This document shows, one piece after another, positions 16,826 through 29,700 of a stretch of 42,077 bases of DNA (positions within the stretch are counted from its first letter, which is position 1; the number at the start of each line of letters is the position of its first letter). A program made the translations under genes and the position numbers. The notes beneath the pieces were generated by a model. It did no database searches. It worked only from the letters and a program-made list of their open reading frames with translations, and was not told where the DNA came from. Origin of the DNA: a virus (taxonomy: Duplodnaviria; Caudoviricetes); the IMG/VR virus record IMGVR_UViG_3300043447_000048, positions 1 to 42,077 of that record. One strand, given 5' to 3'.

Positions 16826-19393
16826 ATGGCTACTTACATTCAAGGTCTAACCGATTACATACCAAAGGCCGAACCTTATAAACCCAATTTTGATTTTCTT
16901 AATACGGTTTTAGCAACAAGACAGGCTAGGTATGATAGCGCACTTAATCAATTAAGTGGTGCTTATGGTAGCATTGTATATGCTGATCTTACAAGAGATG
17001 ATAATAAAATAGCTAGAGATAACTTCTTGAAGAACTCTGAAAAAGCTATTCAACAGATTACATCTTTAGATCTTTCTGATCCTGCTAATGTGCAAATAGC
17101 TCAGCAGGTGTTTCAACCTTTTGTAGATGATAGAAAGATGCAATATGACATCATGTTTACTAAAGGTGTAAAGAAAGGTGTTGATCTAGCAGATATGTTT
17201 AAAAATTCTTCAGATCCAGAAACATCTAGTAAATACTGGGATGTTGGAGTAAGAGGATTGCAATACAAACAATTAGAATTTAAAAACGCATCACAGGATA
17301 AAGCATATAAAATGGCTGTTCCTAAATATGTTCCTTATGTAAATATCATGCAGAAGGCTCATGATTTAGTTGGTGATGATTTTAAAAATATATCAATTGA
17401 AGAATTAAAAGGTGGCTATAATATTACTACTACAGGCGGACCAAAATCCATTAATGTAATTAGTCAGTATTTAAGTATGGCACTAGGTAATGATCCTGCT
17501 ATTAGAGATTATGCTAAAGAGTTGTCTTATGTTAATTCAATGAATAACATTACTGCATTAGCTAATCAAAAATATAATGGGGATATTGAACAAGCGTCTG
17601 CTGAATATTATATTACTAATTCTGAAGTAGCTTTAGAAAACGATAGATCTAGATTAGAAGATATTCAAGAAAGTGTGAGTGAAACAGCAGGTAAAGTTAG
17701 TGTATATCAATCTAGAATAAACCGGGGAGATAAATTATCACCAAAAGAAGAGGCTCAATATCAAGCTCTATTAAAAGAGAAAGCTACTGGTAATAAGATT
17801 GTAAGTGATTTAACAGATAGAATTACTCAGATTAGTACTGCAATTCAAACATCAGATATAGACTTACTTAGCAGAGCTGTACAAGCATCTTCAGCAACTA
17901 GTTATATCTCTGATGAATTATCTAGAGCTTCACAAGTAGAGGCTTATAAGAACTATAGTGTTAAGAGAGAAGCTGATCCCTATAGACTTGAGCAATTTAA
18001 AAATGCATTAGAATTTTCTACCTGGACAAAGAAAGAAAAAATCAGACAAGATTTTGAAAGAGAGAAAATGGCAATTGAAGCTGGTGGACAAGATCAGTTT
18101 ATGGCCGGCTCTACAAGTTATCAGGCTGGTGTTGTAGGTGATCCTATTAATGCAGATAGGCAAGAGTTTAATACAAGTTGGAAGCAGTATGCTAATAGTG
18201 TAGCTACATTAGCTCAAACTATGTATAACACTAATGATCCTAATTTACAAAGCGCTGTTGAGTCAGCTGTTTCTGGTGCTGGTATTAATATGGCAGCTTT
18301 AAAAGCAGGTAAGGTTGGATTAACTGGTCTTAAGAAAATTCAAGATAGATTAGAAAACATGTTAGCAGCGGATCCAAATCTTAGTAAAAGAATGGCTCCA
18401 TTATTAATTGCTGCAAATGATAAGATGCAAGTTGCATTTACAAACTCTTCTGTTATTGCAAGCAATAATAAAAAGATTGTTAGTGGTATGATTGCTAGTA
18501 ATGAATATAATCCTAATATCTTAGGTGCCATGTTTTCTACAGACGGTTCTTTACGTGATGTAAATTCAGCATATAAAGCATTAAGTAAATCTGGATATTC
18601 TATGTCCTTTAGTAATTTTGCTGAGAACTATGCGGATATCTCTGAAGAATACAAAGCTAACTATGTAAACTTTGCGCAAAACAAAACAGGTTATAAGCCT
18701 GTAGGTACTGGCGGAGATGGTCAATATATTTCTAACTATGTTACCGGTGTAGCAGATCCTAAAAAATACATGTCACCAACAACAATTGGATTTATTGGTG
18801 CAATGAATGATGTAAATAATCCTATGGTAAAAGTAGGTGTTGGTAATGCTTCTGATATTAATGCACAAAGCGGAAATGTATTTGCTGATATGCAGTCTAT
18901 TCCAGAGTTAAAAGCGTATTTAAATAACCTCCGTTCTAAAATGGCAGTAGATAAAACTGCTGTAGCATATGATTATGCTGGTAGAGCATTGAGTAATAAT
19001 AATTATCATTCATTAACTATTAGACCTTCATCAAGTGATGGAGAATTAAAAGCATTAAAAGAAGCTGGTATTATTAGTGAAGATCAATACAATACAATTA
19101 TAGCAAGAGGAATAACAGCTATTATACCTAAAGAGATTGTAACTAATCCTATTGCTACAAGACTGGAGACATCTGATAGACAACTTATCTTAACTAGTAC
19201 AGGTAAGTACCGTTATAAGAATCCAGTTAATAATATTGATATTACATTTACTCAGAATGATGATGGTAGTATATCTGCTTCAGGAACTGCTTATAATTCA
19301 GCAACTGGAAGAACTGATCCATTCATTCAAAACTCTATGAATTCAATATATTTTAATAACCTTCTTACAAGGTTTGATCAAATTAGTGAATAA
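16826..19393 (+). CDS. Virion cargo/ejection protein (helical)
   Basis: 855 aa, no Cys seen. N-terminus PYKPNFDFLNTVLATRQARYD followed by coiled-coil character; first gene of the block that includes the virion RNAP. Confidence 0.6.
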   Translation: MATYIQGLTDYIPKAEPYKPNFDFLNTVLATRQARYDSALNQLSGAYGSIVYADLTRDDNKIARDNFLKNSEKAIQQITSLDLSDPANVQIAQQVFQPFVDDRKMQYDIMFTKGVKKGVDLADMFKNSSDPETSSKYWDVGVRGLQYKQLEFKNASQDKAYKMAVPKYVPYVNIMQKAHDLVGDDFKNISIEELKGGYNITTTGGPKSINVISQYLSMALGNDPAIRDYAKELSYVNSMNNITALANQKYNGDIEQASAEYYITNSEVALENDRSRLEDIQESVSETAGKVSVYQSRINRGDKLSPKEEAQYQALLKEKATGNKIVSDLTDRITQISTAIQTSDIDLLSRAVQASSATSYISDELSRASQVEAYKNYSVKREADPYRLEQFKNALEFSTWTKKEKIRQDFEREKMAIEAGGQDQFMAGSTSYQAGVVGDPINADRQEFNTSWKQYANSVATLAQTMYNTNDPNLQSAVESAVSGAGINMAALKAGKVGLTGLKKIQDRLENMLAADPNLSKRMAPLLIAANDKMQVAFTNSSVIASNNKKIVSGMIASNEYNPNILGAMFSTDGSLRDVNSAYKALSKSGYSMSFSNFAENYADISEEYKANYVNFAQNKTGYKPVGTGGDGQYISNYVTGVADPKKYMSPTTIGFIGAMNDVNNPMVKVGVGNASDINAQSGNVFADMQSIPELKAYLNNLRSKMAVDKTAVAYDYAGRALSNNNYHSLTIRPSSSDGELKALKEAGIISEDQYNTIIARGITAIIPKEIVTNPIATRLETSDRQLILTSTGKYRYKNPVNNIDITFTQNDDGSISASGTAYNSATGRTDPFIQNSMNSIYFNNLLTRFDQISE

Positions 19394-19404
19394 GCAATTA
19401 TTAA

Positions 19405-22400
19405 ATGGCAGATTTTGAGAACATCTTACCACCTGAAGGTGTAGAGCAAGGAATACCCAGTTCTTTTGCTGGATCAGATATGGTATTTACTAAGGGTGTA
19501 AATCCATTACCATTGAATGTACCTTTAGTACCATACACTGAAGATGTAAGTATACCAGCAGTTCCACAAGGTGGATTTTCTATTCAGTATGATAGTAATA
19601 ATCCTTTTGATATAACTAAACAAGTTTTAAGTTCTCCTATTACAGAATCTGATATTGTTTTTGAAAAGTCTAAAGTAAAACCCTTTCAATCTGGATATCA
19701 AAAAACTAATTTTAATAGATACTATAACGATACTGATAACTTCTATAAGTTAGGTTTTGATCCTCTATCAAATAATGATGAGATCTATAATCAGAATAGA
19801 TCTTGGTATGAAGATCTAGGTAGAGGTTTATTAGGTGTTCCAGCATTAGGATTATCTGTAGTTAAATCTAGTTACCGTGGAATGGGTGAAATGCTTACTG
19901 GTGATTTCTCTATGACAGATGAAATAGCTGCGGATGAGTTTGCCCAGATAATGGCTGAAAGAGGAAGTACTAAAGGTGGTCTTACTCAGTTCTCATCTAA
20001 TTTATTATTACAATCTGGTTTTGTTGCTGGTATTTTTGCAGATTACTTAGCTACTGAAGCTGTAATTGCAGGTAGTGTAGCATTAACTGAAGGCGCAACT
20101 TTACCTGCTGCTCTTGCTGCTAGTTCAGCAAAGACCGCACAGGCTGCTAGAAGTATAGCTAGTATGCGTAATTTATTTACAGCTGCTGGTGCTAGAGATG
20201 CTTATACTGCTATTAGAGGTTTAAACGCTACTGCCGTTGGTAGAGGTATTAAAGCTGCAGGTGAAGCACTTGTCCCAAGAACACTTAGCAATATTAAAAA
20301 TACAATTAATGCTGGTGACTCTGTAATCAATTATGCAAATGCTGCAAGAGGTATTGGTGATTTTATTTTAGATCTTAAACAAGTTGGTTACACTGTTGCT
20401 GAAGCTTCTATGGAAGGTGGTGCAGTTAAGAACGAGTTTATTGATGATAGAATTAATGAGTTCATTACTACTAATGGATACTATCCAGAACAAGAGGAAA
20501 TGAACAGAATATATGAGTTGGGTTCTGACGCTGGTTTTACAACAAGCGCTATTAACACTCCTCTTATATATATTACAAATGCTATTACCTTTAATAATTT
20601 ATTTAAAGGTAAATCAGCAATGTTGAATGCTCCAACAAATGATGTTATAGCTAGATCCTCTCTTACAGGAGAAAGGATAGTTGCTGATACAACAGGTGCA
20701 AGAATCTTAACAACTAAAGAAGCAGCTAAGACATTACTTAAACCAAAACAATACTTAAGTTTTGGAGCTCAGTATTTTAAGAAAAACTTATCTGAAGGTC
20801 TTCAGGAAATCTCACAGGAAATAACAGCCGGAGCTTCTAAAGATTATTACGAGAGATTATATGAAACACCAGAAGCTGGTGGAATTAGTATTTACTTAGC
20901 AGATGCTTTTGAGAACACAAAGAAACAAGCATCTATGCAAGGTCTGGAAGTATTTGCTTCTGGATTCTTAATGGGTGGTCTTACAGGTATTGCTGGTAAT
21001 TTAAGTAATGTATCTAGAAGAGCGGGATCTAATATCTATTACAATTATATAAAGAATGATCCTGAAAAGTATAATCAATTATATAAAGCAGAGCAAGATA
21101 GGTTTAAAGAGATTGTAGCAGAATTTGATGATGCTATTAAAAACGGAAATAAGATCCTTACTCTTGATGTAGAAAACTTATTATTACAAGCGAGACTTGG
21201 TACAGACATGGTAGATGCTAGAAAATCATTTGATGAGAAAGCATTCCATGATTTAAAAGACATGTCTAGATTTAATGCTATTTATACAGCATTAGAGGCC
21301 GGTAAGTTTGATATCTTAGTACAGAAGCTACAGGATATGAAACAGATGACTGGTGAAGAATTAAAACAGGCATTTGATTTAACAGAGGACGTTACTGCTG
21401 AAGAAGCAACAAAAGTATTAGATGTAGCTATTGAAAGAGCTCAGCAAATCAAAGAACAACATAAAGAGTTCTCTGATTATAAGAATCCTTTTAATCCTAA
21501 TAGATTTAGAAGAACTAATCTAACTGATCCTACTGTTAAAGAACAGTATGTAAAAGAAGTTATTAACTATAAAGCTTTTGAAGAAGCTAGAAAAATAGCT
21601 GTATTTAGTTTACACGGTAGAGAACAGGCCCAAAAAAGAATGGGTGATCTTACTAACAGACTTACTGAGATTAGTAATTTTGGTAAATTAACTTTTTCAG
21701 ATATAACTCCATTATTAAATGTAAATACTCTTGATCAAGAATTAGATTTATTAGATAGTGAGATTAAATCTTTGACAGGATCAACAGATAAAGAAGCTAT
21801 AAAGATTCTTGCTAGTAAAAAGAATAAGAAGAAAGCTCTTGAGTTATATAAAAAGAATCTTGAAAAAGCCGGAGATGTTTCAGATCCTCAAGAATTAAAA
21901 GATAAAAAATTCTTAAAAGAAGCTTTTGTTAAATACATTAATACTCTTTCCCAGGAAGCTGGTATTAATTTTTCTAAAGGTCAAGCTGAAGAAGCATATA
22001 ATATTTTAACAGATTACTATTCTTTAAATAAAGATCTTGTCCAGTTTACAGAGAACCTAAATACTTTATACGATCCTACTAGCTATTACGATTTAGTAAA
22101 TAGACTTGTAGAGCAGCAGAAGTATAGAAGAGGTAAGCAAACAGCTTACATGGAGAAATCTAGAAAAGCATTTATTAATGCCGTTAAGATTAGAGATTTT
22201 ATCCAGTATTTAGCTGATGCTGGTTATGGTGTAAAGTTATCATCTTTACCAAAAGATATCAGTAAAGAATATGATGAGTTTATCTCTACACTTACAGATG
22301 ATTTAGATATTGTATTTGTTGATTTTAAATCAGATAGAGAATTTGATAAATCAGATGTTAGATATGTATTTGTATTAGATCTTATAAACAAGTTTAATAA

Positions 22401-23775
22401 TATTGTAACTGAACCTGTAGCAGAAACAACTGAGGAAGTTACAGAAACAGTAACTGAAGAAGAGGTAATACAAGAACAACCTGCAGTATCAGATGAGATA
22501 GAACAAGAAGAAGGTGTACCATTAATTCAATCAGTTAAACAGTTTAATGCTTTACCAGTTAAGTTACAAGGTATTTTACAGGCTACATTAGCTCAACAGA
22601 ATTCTAAGAGAGAAGCTGATGGTGAACCTGAGTTACCATTAGATAGATTCTTACGTACATCTACATCTAGAAATGCTATATCTAAGTTCTTTAAAGATCC
22701 CGCTAATGCTGCAGATGTTAAAGCATATAATGAGAAGAAGGGTGTACCTAAAGAACAACCACCTAAAGCTACTCCTACTCAACCTGCAGATGTTAAAGCT
22801 GAGGTAGAAAATGAATTATTTTCAGAAACTGATAATAAAGGAAGAACTTATACTTATTATTCTACTTCAACAGAAAAAGATGGCAGAATAAAAACCACAT
22901 TTACTTTTAACAGATCAGATAAAGATGCTTCTCAAAGAAGCAATGCTGTATCAGGTGTTCCTGTAGAAAAAGCATTAGGAAATAAATATACTATTGATGA
23001 AGAATCTCTACCTGAAGAATCAAAAGTAGTTGGAGTAGTAGAGATTCGATTAACTGAAAATGGTGCTGGTGCCACTGTAACTGTTGAATTAGAAGGGCAA
23101 AGACGGCAAGCTGAAGTTAAATTAAATACTAATACTACTTATAATGCAGAACTAGCTGCCTTAGAAAAATCTAAAGAAAAGGTTAAAGAAGTTGTAGTTG
23201 CTAAACCAGTTACTGAATCAATTGATCCTATTGTAGAAAAGATTAAAAATGCTAACTCTATACAAGAACTTAATACCTTACAGGAAGAGTTTGAAGAGAG
23301 TGATCTTATTGAAGACCTGGATAATATTAATGCTGTTAAAGATGCAGTAGCTTCACGTAAAGCTGAGTTAACCAAATCAATTAAGTATGAAAGCATTAAA
23401 GCCGGTGATGTATTAGTATTTGGAGATAATAAGTACGGTTTAGTTGAGAAAGTTACTACAAGTAAGTTAACAGTAGTACCTTTGTATGGTGAACGTTTGA
23501 CTCCAGCAAAAGATGCTAATAAGCGCATCACTATTCTTAAAAAAGATTTTTCAAAAATGGTACAATCTGTATATGATACACAAGCCAATGTAGTAATTGG
23601 TACCAAAAATGTTCCTTCTCCTACAGCAGAAGAGAATAAGATTATAGAGACTAACTCTCAGAATATAGATGACTTCTTGGATAATGAAGAAGCTACTAAA
23701 AAACTTGAAGAGCAAACTCGTAACAAATCCGATAAGGATGTAAATAATGATTTCTTTAATAATATAGGTTGTTAA
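19405..23775 (+). CDS. Large virion ejection protein with Ala/Gly-rich membrane-like region
   Basis: 1456 aa with hydrophobic Ala/Gly segments (about aa 195-250 and 515-535), SEGLQEISQ, long coiled coils, an acidic linker and a KOW/SH3-like IKAGDVLVFGDNKYGLVEKV. Its only Cys is the last residue. Confidence 0.65.
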   Translation: MADFENILPPEGVEQGIPSSFAGSDMVFTKGVNPLPLNVPLVPYTEDVSIPAVPQGGFSIQYDSNNPFDITKQVLSSPITESDIVFEKSKVKPFQSGYQKTNFNRYYNDTDNFYKLGFDPLSNNDEIYNQNRSWYEDLGRGLLGVPALGLSVVKSSYRGMGEMLTGDFSMTDEIAADEFAQIMAERGSTKGGLTQFSSNLLLQSGFVAGIFADYLATEAVIAGSVALTEGATLPAALAASSAKTAQAARSIASMRNLFTAAGARDAYTAIRGLNATAVGRGIKAAGEALVPRTLSNIKNTINAGDSVINYANAARGIGDFILDLKQVGYTVAEASMEGGAVKNEFIDDRINEFITTNGYYPEQEEMNRIYELGSDAGFTTSAINTPLIYITNAITFNNLFKGKSAMLNAPTNDVIARSSLTGERIVADTTGARILTTKEAAKTLLKPKQYLSFGAQYFKKNLSEGLQEISQEITAGASKDYYERLYETPEAGGISIYLADAFENTKKQASMQGLEVFASGFLMGGLTGIAGNLSNVSRRAGSNIYYNYIKNDPEKYNQLYKAEQDRFKEIVAEFDDAIKNGNKILTLDVENLLLQARLGTDMVDARKSFDEKAFHDLKDMSRFNAIYTALEAGKFDILVQKLQDMKQMTGEELKQAFDLTEDVTAEEATKVLDVAIERAQQIKEQHKEFSDYKNPFNPNRFRRTNLTDPTVKEQYVKEVINYKAFEEARKIAVFSLHGREQAQKRMGDLTNRLTEISNFGKLTFSDITPLLNVNTLDQELDLLDSEIKSLTGSTDKEAIKILASKKNKKKALELYKKNLEKAGDVSDPQELKDKKFLKEAFVKYINTLSQEAGINFSKGQAEEAYNILTDYYSLNKDLVQFTENLNTLYDPTSYYDLVNRLVEQQKYRRGKQTAYMEKSRKAFINAVKIRDFIQYLADAGYGVKLSSLPKDISKEYDEFISTLTDDLDIVFVDFKSDREFDKSDVRYVFVLDLINKFNNIVTEPVAETTEEVTETVTEEEVIQEQPAVSDEIEQEEGVPLIQSVKQFNALPVKLQGILQATLAQQNSKREADGEPELPLDRFLRTSTSRNAISKFFKDPANAADVKAYNEKKGVPKEQPPKATPTQPADVKAEVENELFSETDNKGRTYTYYSTSTEKDGRIKTTFTFNRSDKDASQRSNAVSGVPVEKALGNKYTIDEESLPEESKVVGVVEIRLTENGAGATVTVELEGQRRQAEVKLNTNTTYNAELAALEKSKEKVKEVVVAKPVTESIDPIVEKIKNANSIQELNTLQEEFEESDLIEDLDNINAVKDAVASRKAELTKSIKYESIKAGDVLVFGDNKYGLVEKVTTSKLTVVPLYGERLTPAKDANKRITILKKDFSKMVQSVYDTQANVVIGTKNVPSPTAEENKIIETNSQNIDDFLDNEEATKKLEEQTRNKSDKDVNNDFFNNIGC

Positions 23776-23779
23776 TAAT

Positions 23780-26700
23780 ATGAATTGCTCACTATCTCTT
23801 CCACAGCAGCAACAGTTTTATGCTAAAGTATTTAAAGACTTATCTGTAATTACAGATAATAAAACCTCATATGATTTAAAGAATTATATAAATGATTTTT
23901 ATGAGCAAGTAGTTGCGGCAAGTAATGATGCTGCTTTAGGATTAACCTATGTGCAGTTGTTACCTAGGATTGTAGGAACAATTATTAATAAGAATCCAAA
24001 TATTCGTAAACACTTTAGGGATAATAATATTAGTACTGATGATGTTTTAGATCTGCGTGATAGCTTTGAAGACATTATCAATGTAGAAAAGTATATCCAG
24101 GTAAAAGAATTAACTGCTGATAAGTTAGAACAGATTAGAAAGAAGGCCGGTATTGTTAGTTCTCAATTAGAGAAAGCATCTCAAACAGATGAAGACTTAG
24201 ATTTCCAAGCAAAACACTCATCTGGTTTAAATACAACTGGTCAAGAAGAAGAGGTAGATGCTGATGGTGAGTTTACCGGTGAAGCAGATCAAGATCCTGA
24301 AAAGATTGTAACCTTTGCTTTTATCCGTTCTATTATAGATAGATTAGAGAAACAGAATCTTGAGAATGCTAATAGCATGACTATTGAAGCATCTAATGGT
24401 ACTGTTGTAAAAGGTATCTATATGATACCTGTAACTACCTACACAAAGAGTGGTAGTGCTATTACACAATTAACTTTTGCTACATTAACCAAAGATGGCT
24501 ATAAGAAGTTATTTGTAAATGAGAGAGGTAATATCACAAACGTTGAAGGAGAAGATCAAGCTGAGGGTTCTTTAAACCCAATTATAGATTTTATTACTCC
24601 TAATACAATCAATGGTAAAAGAGATTTTATATTTACTGGAACTGGTGAAACTAGTTTAGCTCCCATTGATGAATTAGTAGAAAGAGTTATAAAGAATGCT
24701 GCATTAAACAACTTAGAAATTCCTGATGGTGCAGTATTAAAAAAACAATTTGAAGAAAAAAGGGCCCAAGAAGTTAAACTTGTAGATAAGTTTATCCGGA
24801 CCTATATCTCTGATAAAACACAAGTACTACCTTTAAGTATTATTGGTGGTAATTCTGGTTTTAGTTTAATGGCTGATCCAGGAACTAGATTAAGTGAAAT
24901 AAAAATTCCAGGAACTTTAGATATAGAGTTTGGTAAAAATGGCCGCACTTATATTAGAGTTGGTAAGTATGGTAATAAAATTCAAGTCTTTCCTGAAAAG
25001 ACATCATCAGAACTTGCACAAAATATTGCAAAGCTTTTAGCTGATACTAAAGTAAGTACAGCTATTAAGTTTGGTATCTTAGAAAAGATCTATAATATCA
25101 ATGATGATAATTTTAATGTTACATATGATAACACTCAAAAGAAACCGGTAATGGTTATCTATTCTGGAAAAGATGAGGTATACAACTCAGAGAATCCAGA
25201 GTTAACCGATGAAGGTTTTATTACAGATGTTTTAGCTGGTGTTTATATAAATATCTCTAAAGAGAATATTGACGGTAGTATTCAGTTACCTGATTACACA
25301 AGTGGTAAGTTAGTAAAGAGAAATACTCCTTATAATACTTTCATTACTAGAAATAGTAAAGTCTTTGTTGCATTACGTAATGATGGTAGCATCAAGTTCT
25401 TTAACCCTAGTTTACAGTATGAGTTCACTGTTGATGCATTAGAACAAATGTATCCAACTGAGAAGAAAGATGAACCTGTAGTTGAAGAAGAAACTAAAGA
25501 AGCTAAACCAAAAGCTAAAGCCAAACCTAAGACTGTAGTTAAGAATCAAAATGTAAATACTACACCTTCTGGTTTTAAAGGTAATATTGATACTACTCTT
25601 ATTGATGAGATTAACAAGAGCTTAAAGAGAGCTGGTTTTGAAACTGTAAACAGTACGCCAGAACAGATTGAAGAAATTAAAAGCTGGTATTCTTCATTAG
25701 AAGTAATGGTTGATGGAGAGAAGGTAAAGTTATCTACTCTTATTCCTGTAAAGGAAGCCTTTGCTTTAACTAACTCAGATGCGCTGGGTACATTTACATC
25801 TTCTGGTATTACGTTGTTTACAAAGGCCGGAAATAAAGATTACACCACATTGTATCATGAAGCTTGGCACGCATTCTCTCAGTTACTATTAACTAAAGAA
25901 CAAAAGCAAGAACTATATAACTCAGTAAGAAAAGGTGTTAAGAGTTTAGCTAATGCAACTGATAAGCAAGTAGAAGAATATTTGGCTGAAGACTTTAGAG
26001 GTTATGTCTTATCTGAGGGTAAGAAAATTCTAGTTCCAGCTAATGAGAATATCTTTCAAAAGTTATGGCGGATTATAAAAACATTTTTTACCGGTCAAAC
26101 TGATATAGTAGATCCTACTGTTGTACCATTAGTAAAGCAGTTATATGATAACTTAAGATTGGGTAATCTATTTGAGTATCAGTACTCAGTAGATAACATG
26201 CAGTTTGGTAAACTCTATAGAGGTATTGATCCATTAAATGAAGAAGAGGCTGGTATTAGTTTAGCAGATAGCATCCTTATTAATGAATCAATAGATGGTG
26301 CATTCTCAGAAATTATAGAAAGCTCTGGCTTAAATGTTTCTGCAATTTACACAGATCCTAGAGCTTTAAATTTCTTATACGCTAGTACTAAAGATTACTT
26401 TCAACAGATTCTAGATGAAACAATTGCTAGAGTTGAAAATGATCCTGAAGGTACTGATACTGTAGATAGAAATAATATCCGGATACTAGAGTATGCAATT
26501 AATAACTTTGGTGACTTTAATAACGTACTTAAAGGAACTGAAAAGAATGGTGTTATAGTATATCACAGACAGAAGTCTAAGTATTTAGCATTTGAAGCTA
26601 AAGTATTAGATGCTGAAGAAGATAAATCAGATCCAGGTATTGATAGTTTTGATCGTACAGGTAATGATAAATCATTAAAAGAGTTAGCATCTAAGCAAGC

Positions 26701-29700
26701 TTTATATATGGTTAAGAGTTTATATCAAGTAAACTCAAAAGGAGAGCCTATTAAGAACAGATTAGGTTTTAATAAATTAGTTGATTTTAGTAAAGCATGG
26801 AGTACTGTATCTAAAACTTTAATTAACTCTACTAGCTTTGATGAAGTTTATACTAAACTTATTGAATTACAAGCTTCTTTCCCTGAAGCTGCACAATTGC
26901 TAGTTAAGTTAGGTGATCCATCACAGTCTCAAACTAGTAATGCTAACTTTAAAAGATGGTTAGGATTTACTCAGACATTTAATAAAACTGTTGTACCTAT
27001 TATAGAACAAAGGATATCTATACAGGATGCAGTTGAAGATGAGCCCCGTAAAATATCAACTCTTATTCAAAGAGCTACTAGTGATACTAATAAGATTGCT
27101 AATACATTCCGTTCTAAGTTCTTAGTTAACCGTGGTAAGTATGTAATTAGAAAAAAGGGATCTCTACCTATATTAAATATTAATAAAGTATTAGAAGATT
27201 TTCCTTCAGTAAATAAATACAATGTTCTTAAATTCTTAAAGGCCGTTGGGTTTTATTTAGATGATAATAAAACATTAGTTAATGCTTTAGAAAACTCAAT
27301 ACTGGATAGAAAAAGTAAAGATACTTTTATTCAGTATGATTATATGATTGAGGCTTTAGAAAAAGCTAAAGAAAATAAAGTAATTATTTCAGATCCTATC
27401 AGATTCTTTAGAGATCCTAAGTTGGGTAACCAATCAGGAACTGTAAGTAAATTATTAACTCTCCAGGCAAGATATAGTGCTAGTGATTTTAATACTAGTA
27501 TTATGAATCCTGAGGGTAATATGGAGTATGAAACACAACAGAGAAACTCTTTAACTCAGATAATTGATGGTCTTAATAAAATAACTAATATTGACCAGAT
27601 GATAGATGATCCAGAGTTTGAACATCTTAGTGTTTATCATCCAAGTATTAATCCTTATTCTAAACACTCTTATATTATTAAGTCTTTATTTGATGAAGCC
27701 GGTAATAGAAGAAAAGATGTAGTTCTAAGTTTAGAAAACTTAAGTGGTGTACGTTCAGATAGAAATGGTATTACTGTTGAAGGTATTAAAACTAATAAGC
27801 TTAATAAGTACGATAAATTCTTATTTGATGTACATGCTATTATCTTAGGAGCAACTCCTGAGTTACCTCGTCATGCTAGTAAAAGTTCTTCTTTTGGTAT
27901 TTACATGAGTAAGTACTATTCTGAGAATGGTACAGATGGTCTTATCTTATCTATTAAAGATACTGCTAGATATGGACATGAGGCAGCTATGCCAATGATT
28001 CTTAATTATTTATCTGCAGAGTTAGAAAGAATATGGTATGTAAATAACATAGATTCTTTGCAAACTGTAGATTCATTAAAGAAAAGTGGTAATAAGATTG
28101 TTGGTTTTGACAGCGTTTTAACAAAAGCTACAAAAGATAAACTATATAAGTTAGTAGAAGATGCTAATTCTATAGATGATATCACTTACTCTGAAGAATT
28201 AGAGAAAGATATTTTTAAAGATAGTCTTGCTTACTTCTCCGGACAAATTAAAAACAACTATAAGATCTGGACTAAGATATCAAGTGTCATGAACTCTGTA
28301 TTACTAAGTCCTGAAATTAGGAGTAAGATTGCAGAAGAAACTAGAATTAATAGAGGTTTGGATAAAGGAAATAAATTTGCTAATGATTCCCAAGCTCAAT
28401 TAGAATTAGTTAACCAGGTATTTACTTATAACAGTTGGTTTAATAACTATGAGACACAGTTATTCTACGGTGATGCATCACAGTTTAACAATGATAAAGA
28501 AGAGTTCCATAAGCGTAATGCATCAATTGCATCTACCGGTGAATTCTCAATACTTGATGATTACACAACTAACTATTTAAATGCTACAAGTAATAATACA
28601 TATGCTGCATCTATAGGCTTAGGTAAACCTATCTTTAAAAGCGATGTAAATACTACAGTATTAAATGATGCTGAACCTAATTCTGTATACTATGATCACT
28701 ATAAAAAGATCTTATTAGATCAAGGTGTATCAGAAAGCAGAGTAGAGACTATATTAAAACCTTATAAAGGTATTAAAGAGGGTGACGGTCAGGGTTGGAT
28801 TACTTTTGATTTTTACCGTAACTTCTTAAGATCATTAAATAAATGGTCAGATGCACAAGAAGAGTTGTACAACCAAGTTATTAATGATCCTGATTCTGTA
28901 GATCCTAAAAAAGTATCTGAGTTTTTCCCAGTACTTAAGGCTAGTTATTATGGTCCATTAAAGACTGAAAAACTTAATGTATCTGGATTGCATAAGTTTT
29001 CATTGATGCCTTTAGTTCCTAGTGTTATTAAAGGAACTAATTTAGAGCAATTCCATAAACAATTGCTAGAACAGAATATTGGATATGCTCTTTATAAGTC
29101 AGGTAGTAAGATTTCTACAATTACATTAGAGGATGGTACAATTCCAAATATGTATACTGATCTAGAGAAGCGTGAATTATACACTGGTCAATATGCTATT
29201 AATCCTATTAACTTAAACTTCTTTAAGAATCAGTTAGATATTGCTCCATACTTTAAAAACAAAGTAACCCTCGCTTCTCAGTTGCGTACAATTATTGAGA
29301 CTAACCTTTATGAAAAAGGTAAGGCAATAACTAAAGAGGCTGATGTTGCTGTTAAAAGATATGAGAAGTCTATTGATAACTATGTAAAATATTACAAACA
29401 AAAGTTATTTAAAGAGGTAGGTTTAGAGTTTAATGCTTCTGGTAAATTAGTTAAAGGAGATCCTAAAGATCTTATTAAAGCTATCCAAAAAGAGTTAATC
29501 CGTTTAGAGGTTCCTGAACATCAAATGGATATTTTAGATCTTAATGAAGATGGTACTTTAAAATATGACTTTGATAGTATTATTAACTCTAATGCTATTG
29601 AAAAACAATTGGTTGCTATTATTGAAAGAAAGATTGTTAGACCTACAGTTAAAGGAGAGCAGTTAGTACAGGTATCTAGTTCTGGGTTTGAAAAGCCTAG

